The notes under the pieces: model-generated
What the model was told of the DNA's origin: nothing
What the model saw: the letters and a program-made list of their open reading frames with translations, nothing else
Database searches by the model: none
Made by a program: the position numbers and the translations under genes
Shown here: one piece after another, positions 52,291 to 64,000 of the stretch
Layout: every line of letters begins with the position of its first letter
Numbering within the stretch: the first letter of the stretch is position 1
Origin: Phoronis australis
Taxonomy: Eukaryota; Animalia; Phoronida
DNA length: 64,000 nucleotides
Reading direction: 5' to 3'
Assembly (NCBI GenBank): GCA_002633005.1
Contig: NMRA01000414.1
Location: 1-64,000, forward strand

Positions 52291-55200
52291 ACATCTTCAG
52301 GGAACGGTCATCATAATATTTATTGTCAACAGAAGAGACCATGAATCGGAATGCTTGCGATGAGTGCTTTTCACTGTGACAGTACGCGGCTTCTCTTTTG
52401 TCGTTGAGATTACTGACAGTAAATGTTGACTATAAATCCTACTCAAACAAGTTGTTTGTTGTTTTTTGCAGTGACAGTTCTACCTGAGTTTTTGCTAAAC
52501 TACCTAACTAAAAACCGAAATCTACTTTATCAAATATCCACTCTGCAAAAAAATTGATATTTTTTATACATCTTATCAACTGCTATGTTACAGTGAAAGG
52601 ACACATTTTAATGAAGTGACACCGAGCGCTGCGCTGGCATAGGCATTATCAAATTGATCAGAATGAAAAGGTTTACTAAGCCAAAAGAAAACGTATGAAT
52701 TTCATTACAACTTCAATAGAAAACAAGAAGTTTTGAATGCCGCGAATCCATTTTTGTAATTTTAGCAAAGCTTAATCAAAACTGCTGACACTTTAGTCGT
52801 CGTGTGAAACGGGGTGTCAAAAAGGTATGCGCTCACCATACTTAAAGCCGCTACAAGTCCGATTTCCGGTGTAACGAAAACAATTTTGTGATTTAGACCA
52901 TTTACCGTAGTGAAGTTGGCCTCAGGTCGTCACTTAGATAAATTGTATGTGATTTCTGACCTTAAAAACGAACTGACAGTTCATTATTGGTTGAGACTAG
53001 GTTCTACAAGTTGGGTCGTGGTGACGTGTCATTTTATTCGCCGCCGGACCGCGTTCTCTAGCGATAACGGACTGTCATTTCCTTGCAAAGCTGAAAATCA
53101 CATTTCATCGGTGAAAGGAAACATTAAGACCGATTTTATAGCGGTATTGAGCCACTTCATCAGAACGCGGGTTTGTCGCCGCTTTAATAAAGATAATTGT
53201 TTAAACAAATTCGAGTGGCTAAACTGCTCAACAGATATCATGCACTGAAAGGAATTATCTTATTATAAAGACAAAATGCTGGTAAGTTGCTCCATGATCA
53301 AAATTTGTTTCAATCCTATTCACACCAAACATACCTTTCAGAGCGTTGGCAAGTCAGGGCGTCAAAATCATATCAACGTTAACCAACCCATTGAATGTGA
53401 GCCATTTCGTATCAAGTATAACGAGGAAACATCCACTCATTCTGTGCTCTCGATTTTTTTTAAGGATCACTTCCCCAGAGTTTTGTAACTGACTATATAT
53501 ATACTTTTATAGCTTCATGCTAAAGCAGAAGATACGGTATACTTACTTGCATTTTTAGCAAGGTGTTTTACATGCCCCGGTGTTTAGTGGGTCAGGGATC
53601 TATTGTAATCTCCGAACCAGACTTGGACTCGGATAATTCGAATACAAGTGTGTGAGTTTATCCGAAGGCCATACAATTGTCTTTTGTTTTTCCAGTTGAG
53701 TTTCGGGTTTGCTAAGATTACACCCCGGGTCTGATCATGATCTCTGTACTCGAAACTCGACTCGGCAGAGGACGCTTCGAGTCACGGTTCTCAAATCATG
53801 CGGCGTGATTGGTTACCACTATGAGTTTGGGACGAGTGTTCAGAGATTAGGCCCTGGGCTTTGAACAATAATGAAATTATCGGATAATGTCTCGGAAATC
53901 TTGGGATTAAATTGATTTTATTGCATTATTGCTCCCCAAGGGGTTCAAAAATGCCGACGATATTTTACGTCATTGAGGACGGTAGTCGTTCAATGTTGTC
54001 TCGTTTCTTTTAGACGCATTCATCGCTTGCTTTCGGACCAATGATTCAAAATGCAGCGCATTGAAGAAGACATGAGGGCCCTCCTGTTTTTTTTTGTTTT
54101 TTTTTGTTATTTTTAATTTTTTTATTTGAAAAATGTAATATCTATCGCCCGATGGGTATTTGTCTATTGTTTGACGAGTTGCTCGGTTGAGAACTTAAAT
54201 GTTCAACCTATTTTAGACGTAATAAGATAAATCACACCCTTCCAGAGAGTTAGCAAATAGAAGGCCTGGGACCCATTTGTCAAGAACTTGTATGAAAGAG
54301 TCGCTCCTCTTCTCCGTAACGTAATCCATGTTTAGGTATTTTAAGCCCGTAAAATCTTCTTCGATATCGAGATAACGCTCTCGTTGGATTGTATTGTAGA
54401 GTTCTTAAAACCTTCAAGATGAATTTTTCATGAGAATTTTCACCTAGGCACGTCGATTTCTGGTAGTGTTTGACCGGAATGCGATTTTGATTTGGATATT
54501 GAATCACTGGCCAGTTTTTCGCATGATTGCTCTTCCGGGTTGTTTATGACAGTAGCAACTACATACATTATTGATTAGATATCATAGGACCAAATGGCAA
54601 CCCGTAACATTAATGACTGCATAGATAACGTAATGGCCGTAAAATTCGCCGCTTGATGCCATTTTCTAGCTCCTTGTTGGACAGTATTGGCCAAACACTG
54701 TACGGAGTAATATGTTAGGCTTCACTTGTTTGATACGTAGCGGTTTCGCTGTGTATTGGTGATAGGTGACGATTGGCGAGTTTGTTGAGTACGATGTGAA
54801 AGACACAAGAGGAAATGGGTTGTGGAGATCGTTTGTAAGCATTCAAGTTACTTATTGTTTTTGTCTTTGTTCACGTTTGATCGTTCCCATGCAAGGACTG
54901 GTTAAGATAACACCAGTTTTACATCTAACCGGCCCCCAAGGGCAATTTCAGTTTGCGATATGCGATACCTCTTCATTTATTGACAAGGTATATTTTGACA
55001 AGAAAAATTGGAAGATACCCGCTTCGAATTTCGCACCTGTAACCTGCGAGGCTTATTGATTTAGGAAGAGTAAACCAGGGGAGCAGTGAGCAAAATAATA
55101 ACAAACACTGGAGTATAGTGAATTCTTTATTGACAAATCCGTGCAAGTGTGTGTAAGTCGACTACGAGTTTGCATTGCCTAAGTGTACGCTCGTGTGTGT

Positions 55201-55693
55201 TTGCCAACATATACCGAAACAATGACTGTGTGGCTACTTACAGACTTAGCGCAGGGTTCCTAAGAGAAATTCCAGAGAAAGGGGCGGTTTAATGAACTGC
55301 TGTGTTTCTAGCGTTCGGTAGCTGAACTGGACCGAAAAGACCAAGTCAGGTCTCGAAGTGGAATTTGATTGAACACCAACCAACCGTTTGTAGACGTGAC
55401 TACAAACATTTGAGGATAAAGGATTCTTCCCGAATTTCACACCTGGGTGCGGACTATGATGATTGTTTCTGATAAACTTGTATAGCTGCTATCACGATGT
55501 TTTATATTAATAATGAAAGTCGTGTAGGTTGTGAAAGAAACTAGTCCGGCATACATTTAATAGCAAGACAGTTGTTTCCTATCTAGTCCCCGCTGAATAA
55601 AATGCGCTGACCGGTTTACACAAACGGCGAGGCAGTAAAGACGATAACAGTGGTTGGAATACAGACACGGAATTAGACGTAACAATTACACTA

Positions 55694-55872
55694 ATGGACG
55701 GCTTGTTGAGAAAGCGCAAAAGTGGAGAGTCTCCGCTCAAAACTAGAGTTAGTTTTCGAAATCTTGTTCGGTCCCTTTCCGTCTTGTCCGTGCAGTCTCA
55801 GGAGTCGGCCACGACTGCTCGCATGAAAACGCCTGCTCAATCTCGTGGGAGCTCTCGTCCATCGAAATCCCT
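55694..55872 (+). CDS. Candidate alternative first exon 3 (MDGLLRKRKSGESPLKTRVSFRNLVRSLSVLSVQ...RPSKS + 2 nt)
   Basis: 59 open codons, donor gtgagt, phase 2. Confidence 0.55.
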
Positions 55873-56873
55873 GTGAGTATTATTTTTTTCTTTTCTGACG
55901 AAGCCTTGCACAACGGAGAAAACAAGGTAAATTCTCAATTTGTGTTCAAATGACAAGACAGAATTCGCGTTTTTCATTTCCCTCATGTCTTTAACCTGGA
56001 CGTTCGGCTTTTATGCTCAACTAAGAATAGGCTACCAGCGGTTTTCAAACTTTCATCTTAAAGTCTTGTTCCAATAATTTCCTTAAAAATTTAGCTTGAA
56101 AAACCTGGCTAGCGATTGCGCATTAAAAGATTGTCTACCGTTGTTTGTCTGTGGACTGGATGTCAGATCATTTTAACTTCTGAAAACATATTTTGTTTGT
56201 TAGTCGTCTATGCAGTTCCAGGCGATCTTTACCTTAGTACAGTCAAAGTGGTGACCCGTGTTACCACATTGGGGACAGTTCTCTAACTTGATATCCGGGA
56301 CAAAACAATAAAGCCTCCTTGCCCTCGGGCGATAGGTGCTAGCCACAGTCGCGTCAATTATACGAACTCGGAGCACAGGTAAATCACAGCATTTGCAAAA
56401 CCTAACAATTCTTTTGCCCATAAGAGCGTGTGGAAACTGAGGGGTGTATACGCCAGACGCCAGATCTGCGTAGTTTTGCGAAAGAATCGACCTCAAGCCA
56501 TACAAGAGGGCGGAAACCAATGAAATGCGTGCCATTGTTTTCCACCCAAGCTTGATATTGGCCTGCGTTCCTCATCTCGCAAAGCACAAGATCACTCAAT
56601 CCTTCGTCAGATAACGTCATACATTGCAAGGGAAGCATGTGATTAGACTAACTTTCCTCGCTAGTGACTTCTGTCACTTCGGAACTCAGCCATTGCCATA
56701 CCCGAGGGCCTCGGACATGAGCGCCGGCGTACACGATCACGTCCAGGAATGTACAGTGTTATTTATTGAAAATGAAACTATGTTGAGAATCTTTGATTTG
56801 ACAAATGTTTAGTGGTATTTAATAACACGTGTTGAACACCAAGATCATCAACGTCATCATCAACACAACTATC

Positions 56874-57090
56874 CAAGCGTGCACCCTGCCAAAAATATTG
56901 GGGGGGTCGAATTTTTCAGTATGTGGACCCTTTACTAAATAATGGGGACGAAAAAAACGGGATACTACGTTCAGACCTATGAATTGTGCACTCGTGTCGA
57001 ATTCCTGTGGACCTTTTTGCCTACTTCGCCAAATGGGGGAAGGCTCGGTCGAGCCTCCCGAGACCCCCCCCCCCCCCGGAAGCGCGCATG
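56874..57090. mobile_element. MITE, same family as 7224-7474
   Basis: ctatc|caagcgtgcaccc ... gcgcgcatg|ccatc; shares internal ggcgaagt(a/g)ggcaaaaaggtcc with the 7224 copy, in the opposite orientation. Confidence 0.75.
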
Positions 57091-58778
57091 CCATCGCAGA
57101 GCTAGTTAGAAAGTCATGAAAGCTGGGGAGAACCGCTTTGGAGTACGCCATCTTCGTAGCTTTTCAGTCACGAAAATAGGCATCAAATGCGAATTAGATG
57201 TTTTAATATATATAGTGTTTAGTTTCCATAAGTTTGTACGACACTGAATTTTATCGACTCGTGCTCTCCAGCTGAGTGTTTATACTTGTTGCTTTGTGGC
57301 TTTGTGCAGACTGCCCGCTGCCTAGCAACGTAATTGCTGACGAGGTCGCCACCACGACTTCAGTTAACTTTGACTGACAGCTTTTGTTAGGAATCGGTGA
57401 TTGTAATGAAATAAAACATACGATAGACTTTGCTGTTAATTAGTGGCTATGGTAAAAGGTTGAAGTAGTCAATCTTACCCAAAAATAAAATCCACAGAAT
57501 GATTTTCATATACCTTAAAACCGGACTGTGTCCATTTAAAAGAGTCATTTATGCTTTTTTTCAATTTTGCTGTTCTCGTAATGGGTTTTTCAATCCACTC
57601 CCAGATACCCGAATAGATGTTATTCTCATATTTTCGAAAGCTGGTTTCAGAAGGATATCCGATATGTTAATGATTTAATTTATTGTGATGATGTTTATTT
57701 TCATGAATGTAACGCCTTTTTGGGCACGCTTTCCATGGTACTGGTAGTTCTATACTTCAACGTTAGAATGATAAAGACTGGGAGATAAGAGTACGGAAGT
57801 CACCTTCCGTTTTTTCCAGAATATATTTTCTCGTCTCCTTTGACAATAATGGACGCGGGGTAAAATTTTATCATTTCCATTCACTTTCAGTTCATAAGTT
57901 AAATCCGTAGCGGAATTGAAGTGTAGAAAGAGACTTAACCAGCTGACGATCATACATGGGAAAATCATTCTATAATTTACTGTTTGCAAGCGACATCTGG
58001 TGTTAGTCTTCGGTATTTTCAATTTCGATTCGTATTTATTACATATGCAAATTATTATTTGAATAGAATTTTTATTCGCCAGTCGTCTTTGTTCTCTTTG
58101 TGAGAACAACAGGAAGGAAAAACCCATCTGTCACCTTGGGAAAGTTTCTTTGTTCAAGATTTTTGGCGTTACTAAGAATCTCCGATGGAAATATAGTAGT
58201 AATATTCTGTATTTTCTATATTTTTCTTACTTGTAATTCTGCAATTTGATTTCAAAATTTAAAATTATAGTCAATTCATATAACAAGGTAGGCACAACAA
58301 AATAGTTTCTAAAATATTAAAAGACCTAATTTCTTTCACGTACCCTTTTCTCACCTGATTTTAATCATGACGACTGAGTTCATGATACATACGGTGAATA
58401 TTTAAAATGGGCACATGTCCTCAGAATAGCAACGATCAAGATATTTAAGTTATAGTATTTAAATATGTTAATAACTGCAGAGCGAGAAAGTATTCAAGAG
58501 CTCTTTAGGAAAAAGCAGGAAACATTTATTAGAAGCATTTAATGAAAATTTTGATGGAGTTTTTGCAGTCAGCAACTCGTGTCATCGAATTTAATTTATC
58601 CAGAAACTCCGGTTTTGACCACAGTGGCGTGGACAGAATTATCCGAGAACGTTATGAGTAACCACCATTTTCACGCCGCCGTCTCTCACTGGTCGCCACC
58701 AATTTTGTCCCGGCCTTTCTCCTTTTTTGCTTCGCGCCACCTTCCGTGGGCTCCTCGCCTTCCCTGGCGATTCTTGAG

Positions 58779-59006
58779 CATGCGCGCGCCCAGCCTAAAA
58801 ATGGGGGGGCTCGAATTATTGAGAATGTGGATCTTTTGCTAAGATTCACGGGGTACGTTCAGAGCTATGAATTGTGCATTCGTCGATTTTTGTTAATTCC
58901 TGCTTTTTAATGGTCTTCCGTCTCGCTTTCTAGTTTTTTCGGAGTTTCTCTGAGGGGGCTCGCTTGAGCCCCGAGTTCCCCCGCCCTCCCCCTGAGTGCG
59001 CGCATG
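58779..59006. mobile_element. MITE, same family as 7224-7474
   Basis: ttgag|catgcgcgcgcccag ... ctgagtgcgcgcatg|ttgag (perfect 5-bp TSD). Confidence 0.8.
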
Positions 59007-59350
59007 TTGAGGCGGTCTTATGGCTGCCATTCCCTCGTACCTACTACTTCACTGTTCGTCCATCGTCCATCTATGAGCACCCTCTCCAGTAAAGTAGTAG
59101 AAGTGTCAAGTTTGTTAATCCTCTGTTATCCTTTTTGATCCTGTTGAGTGGACCAACAACGAAACATTGACGTATTTGCTGGTTTTCCAAACGTGAATTT
59201 GCGCGGTAGGAACACACTGACGTGATCAACGCGACATCTGGTCATGCGGATCGATTTTTGGAATTATAGCTTGTTATAAAAAAGAAAAAAAAACACGGAT
59301 GGTTTGGCCAGGTATTTCGCACGGACTACAACAAAAATTAAATACTAAAC

Positions 59351-59454
59351 ATGGACAGAAAGACACAATTCAAGCGAGTAGCTAAGATGTCTGTGTTGCT
59401 AAAGTCGGTTGTTAATCGCCAGTCAACTGCAGATGCGGACCCGTCACTGAGAAG
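59351..59454 (+). CDS. Candidate alternative first exon 4 (MDRKTQFKRVAKMSVLLKSVVNRQSTADADPSLR + 2 nt)
   Basis: aaacATGG context, 34 open codons, donor AG|gtagga, phase 2. Confidence 0.55.
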
Positions 59455-61489
59455 GTAGGATTTTGTCTTCTCATTCAGGCTGTATGCTATATCATAGTGT
59501 TAATAATTATATACAAAACACCATTTTAACAGAACGCGTGTAAGTCTTTTTGATTGAAGGACCACCGTCATGTGAAATATCAATGGAATACATGTCGAGG
59601 TTATTAGAAATGCCTAATAGAATATGCGAGAAGAAAGTGTCCCTGTCAGAGCTATATTGTTATATCTCACACGTATTAATCCCAAAGACATGAAGAATTA
59701 AAATTATCACGACTGATTAATAGAAATTTCCCCTCTCCATGGAAACGAGGCAATGCTTCGTTTAGCCTTTTTTATTAGCATTGATGTGTGGCAACTGTTT
59801 TACATTGCGCTCTACTCAGACTTACCGCTATTAGATAGCGGAAATTTATTTTATTGGGTTATTCGCATCACCATTTGTTGGAATTGTAAAAAAGTGTCAA
59901 GTTTCAGTGCCGGGGTCTAAGTATGACGTGAGCGGTTCTTTTCAGACGGCATTCAATCCTAAAAATGAAAACGTCATAGTCCGGTATGTAAACTACTCAG
60001 AAAGTAAGAGCAATACTTGTTTTTTCTTTCCTGATTTCCATGAAATTGACAAAATAGATATATTTCATACATGTATGTGTTCAGTAATAAATTCCTAACG
60101 ATTTAATGTAGATATCATAGGAATTTGGCCCTACGGTGATAGGACACGGTTTAAAGAAAAAGGCTTGTCAGAAAATAAATCACAAAATGGACGGTTTGAG
60201 TAGTAGATTGTTCCACATACCTTTAAGTGATTTTTTTCCAATATTACTAGCTCACATCAAACATTTGTGACTTTCATTTTGTGAGTAGCAAATTTTCATG
60301 AAGCCGTGTTCACTTACTGCAAGACAAAATGTCACGAGATAAACTTGCGGCGAGGAATCTGCTTTTGGAACGGAAACAATGATATCCGAATAGTAATTCA
60401 CGAATTCTATCCAATAATTCAACATTCCAACTTCGTCGACCAATCATTTCAGTGGCCCGCCATTCTGCTACATTACTTTGGTAAGGTCTCGAGCGTACTC
60501 GTTTTACTATGCATGGTCTTGCGTGATCTTGCTTTTTGGCGACATTCGTGGATCTATGGAACGCACCCATTCGATGAGGGTAACTTGCTGAACCGCAATT
60601 TGGCTCTGTTGAAAATAGATCATTCGATTTGTGTTAAAGCTAGCTAATCAGTCGTAACCCCTGACTCTCATTCCTCACTTTACAGTCAAAATACAGAAAT
60701 TTACAATGATGACCTCCGAAATAAGCACTGACCGGCGAGATTGACCTCGTGACTGTTGGTGAAGTTTGTTGCATTAGAACTCTAGGAATGAGAGATTGGA
60801 ACATTTTTTATGCCACAGATACAAATTTCATACTAGCTTTGGTGCAAAGGAGTATAAACTACAGCTTTGGAAAGATCTTTTTAAAAATGAGCAAAGCGAA
60901 ATCTTGCACAAAGCTAAAGTCATTAAAAACTCTTCCTTGTATAACCTAATTTATAACTCGAAAAGAATGTTGTCAGAACATTATTCTGCAGTTACCGTCA
61001 CGTTTGTGGAGCGATCATGTGCGTCAACTTCCAGCACCATAAAGCTGAACACTTCACGGTGGGTATTCTCCGGTACCGTCCTTCGTCCTCATGTGGCCTT
61101 TGGCTTGAACGAGGCAGTATATAACGCGTGATTTTTGTGGTTTGTGCGCATGATTTTTGTTCATATACGTGACTTTTGGGTTCGTATGCATGATTCATAG
61201 GTTCGTAGTTGTTTGGCGTAGGATGCGATGGTCGTGCGTATGATTCTATGGTAGCCCTGTAAGTGTAATTTTCACATCTTTGAATGGCGCATTCACTGAC
61301 TCAGGCTGACTGAGTGAGTTTCAAAAGCTTTGAATGTCGGTTTTAAACGGCTCTTTGCCGAACAAATTTTAGCGGACTTACGAAATGTCATCGATTTTCA
61401 GGATATGTCATGTGGCAGTTCTTGGTTAGCGGACTCGTGGGGCGGCAGCTCTCGGCATCTGGTGACTGCCAGCTACTCAGCGGGCACAA

Positions 61490-61980
61490 GGCCTCGTCCC
61501 CAAGCCTCAAGATGGCGCTGATCGGTTTCGCCATTTGAGGCTTGGTTATGGGAAATCAAACGTGTCAGAATCCTGACACATTTTTACAGAAATCGCCGGA
61601 ATACCACGTGTAATATAAAGTTATATCAACTTTGAAGTTTTCTGTAGTATAATGCAAAAATGAAAAATAACTGTCTATTGCAGCAATTTAGACCTAAATT
61701 ATTCCAAAAATGATGTATATTGGTTCGAGAACACATTAATTTCTATGATACTATTAATAAAAATTAATTGAAAATAAGAACGTGAACAACCTTTATTTCA
61801 AACAATAACCAAAGCAATGCCTTTTGCTTCATGAATGGCAACAACAACGCCTGTGAAAATAATTAAAAAATCTGCGTTTGTTTTAATGACATCAAAGCAA
61901 CGGCCAATCTTTGCGCAGAAGCTATTTCCCATAACCAAGCCTCAAATAGCTAAACCATCTTGAGGCTTGGTTACGAGGCT
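61490..61980. mobile_element. MITE with ~65-bp TIRs and AT-rich core
   Basis: gcctcgtccccaagcctcaagatgg...gaggcttggttatgggaaat pairs with atttccccataaccaagcctc...ccatcttgaggcttggttacgaggc. Confidence 0.75.
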
Positions 61981-62381
61981 GTAGAGTATGTTGCTCGCGC
62001 GCTTTGCATGCGTGCGCACTGAATGAACCCAAACAAGTTCAGGATATTGATTTTATTTGTCAATGGTTGAAAATTAGAGTATAAGATCAATATACACTGC
62101 AAACTGTTCTTCAAAACCCACAGAAAATCGAACTTTTTGGTATACCAAGGATTTAGTATAAAATTCCAAGTCTCTTACCTCTTGCAGTATAGAGAAAAAT
62201 TAGCTTTCTGAAAAAGTACAAATTTACTCGGCGCAAAAGAACGCGTGCAAGCGCGTGGAGTAGTAGAAAATCGCGTGCAAAAGTATTTAATATTTGATTG
62301 TGTGATTTCCCAGTTGTATTGCCCAGTAGAAAAGAATTCTTATCTTTTGTGACGTAAAGAAATCGAAAAACACTCTTCTCG

Positions 62382-62413
62382 ATGAGTGTCTCTAATCGAT
62401 CAAAAATCAAACG
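62382..62413 (+). CDS. Candidate alternative first exon 5 (MSVSNRSKIK + 2 nt)
   Basis: Donor CG|gtaagt, phase 2. Short, so weakly supported on its own. Confidence 0.4.
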
Positions 62414-62722
62414 GTAAGTTCATATGGATTGTTTTTGTAAATGTAGCGCTCAATACAATGTTAGCGATTGATGACGTCGATACGTCTACTGATAGCTGTG
62501 TGTCGATGGACCGCGGACCTTAATTTTTTGTGGATTGCCTATCCGAAGACACTTACCGCCTCAAGATGGCCTGAATTTGCTGACAAGGGACTAGGTTTCA
62601 TTGAAAAACGATTTTTCGGACGTAAGGGTAGTATTTGACGAAGTAATCGTCGCGTAGACGTCAGTCGCTTACGATAGCGAAATCACTACCAGATTCTGTT
62701 GTCGTTGTCGAGTAAGTGCGAT

Positions 62723-62826
62723 ATGATGAAGGATACGACGAAAAAAGGTCGTCTAACTCCTTCACGAAGCAAAGGAAATTCTGACAGAGACACGCCCACG
62801 TTTAAAACCGCTACATATGGAGTTAT
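62723..62826 (+). CDS. Candidate alternative first exon 6 (MMKDTTKKGRLTPSRSKGNSDRDTPTFKTATYGV + 2 nt)
   Basis: 34 open codons, donor gtaagt, phase 2. Confidence 0.5.
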
Positions 62827-64000
62827 GTAAGTAAAAAGTTGATTTATCCTCCAATCCAAAGCATCATTAGATTAGTCTAGCTGAGACGAGGGCCAGATCT
62901 AAGCTCTTCCATGCCAAATCTATAGTCTGAATCCGCGTCAACTAACGCAAGTTCCTTGTGTTAAAGGTGCACCCCCCAGAGTTTGCAAATAGTGAGACAT
63001 TAGCAAAGTGATTAACCATATTAAACTGGACTCGTAATCCAACTTACCCCTAAGGCAATCGGATCCAACCGTGAATATGAATGGAGAGTGCACCTGGAAG
63101 TGATTTGAAATACCCGTGTCTGCCGAAAGAGCTGATCAGCTCTTTCAAAAGTGATTCATTTTGACGCCCCTAGTTTTTATTGTTTAATGCCATGGAATAT
63201 TTTGTTCTGAGTGAACTTCATATTTGTCATCTAGGAGCACGCTTGAGACATATTTATCTAGAATGCCTAATGGCTTATAGTCGTAGAAAGTGTGTTGAGA
63301 CGAGGAAATAGGAAAGTCGACATTTTTAAGATCAAAGTGACATAAACATGAATGTGCCGATAAAGGGACTATTGTAGTAGACAATCTGGGATCTATTTGT
63401 CGCCATTGACTAGGGAAGCCAGTTCTTAACTTTTTATTGATCTTTGACATCAATTCACAAAGGTTTGCTGTCGCTCAAAGTCAGGTCCAGGTTTGGATTT
63501 CTTCAGATCCAAAGCTACACTAAGTCTGAAGGTTCCTGGACCAGTGATCAAAATGTTTTACGTATTGGATAATGCCAAAATTTCAATGTCTTTTATTTGG
63601 TAGAATTAAAAAGTACGATGTTTCCTCACCATTGGACGGCAGAGAGATCGTGAAATCGGTTTATCAACGGGCCTCAGAATTTTTCTTGCCCTCATAGCCT
63701 TTCTGCCATCTAAACCAATTATGAGATCAGCTGCGATTATTATGAAACACAATATCTTGTAAACGTGGTGTCCAACCCTGTCAAAAATGATGACAGTTGG
63801 CCTTCTTTCACTAGTCATTGCAGTGAGCGGTGTGTTTGGAGTTGCATTTTTGGGTGATTTTTAATTCAAAACGTCATTTTAGTAATTACCTTTATGAACA
63901 TTATAGTTATTTGCTGCTTAAAATATCATACATAATTATTTGCATAATTAAATGAGGCTTAATATTTCTTAAATAAAATCTTACTAATCGGCACAGGTAA

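Noticed and set aside
53276-53287. ATGCTG|gtaagt micro first exon (and ATG 41977 to a donor at about 42016)
   Set aside because: Phase 0, so incompatible with the phase-2 set. Recorded as counter-examples that could be chance.
56200-56760. GC-richer stretch with overlapping - strand ORFs containing CxxC motifs
   Set aside because: No recognisable domain, stops in all + frames after the candidate acceptor, and no consistent exon structure. Possibly a decayed transposon fragment.

Overview
AT-rich, intron-containing animal genomic DNA from a gapped draft assembly. The gene content and repeat types suggest an invertebrate, but the taxon cannot be fixed from this window. By hand-splicing I can support four genes. 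(1) The first coding exon of SCYL1 (- strand, 2147-2260). (2) A spliced, stop-riddled KDZ (Kyakuja-Dileera-Zisupton)-type transposase pseudogene (- strand, core 6432-8746) that the ORF track misses. (3) A PHYHIP C-terminal-domain protein with no FN3 domain, an internally triplicated tail and a C-terminal TM helix (+ strand, about 17970-19916). (4) A nearly complete, strongly divergent nicotinic-type Cys-loop channel subunit gene (- strand, 29305-38356); its M3 exon is probably in an assembly gap. From 42.5 kb to the end there is no recognisable conserved coding domain, but there are about six short ATG-started, GT-ended exons on the + strand that all end in intron phase 2. I interpret these as an array of alternative first exons of a gene whose body lies downstream of the window. 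The rest is repeats: a ~586-bp satellite, a 31-bp minisatellite inside a ~2.7-2.9-kb tandem duplication (possibly two haplotypes), a TTAA-flanked Kolobok-like element, several MITE families with 5-, 8- and ~9-10-bp TSDs, and tRNA-derived SINEs. All calls come from manual reading; no database searches were run.
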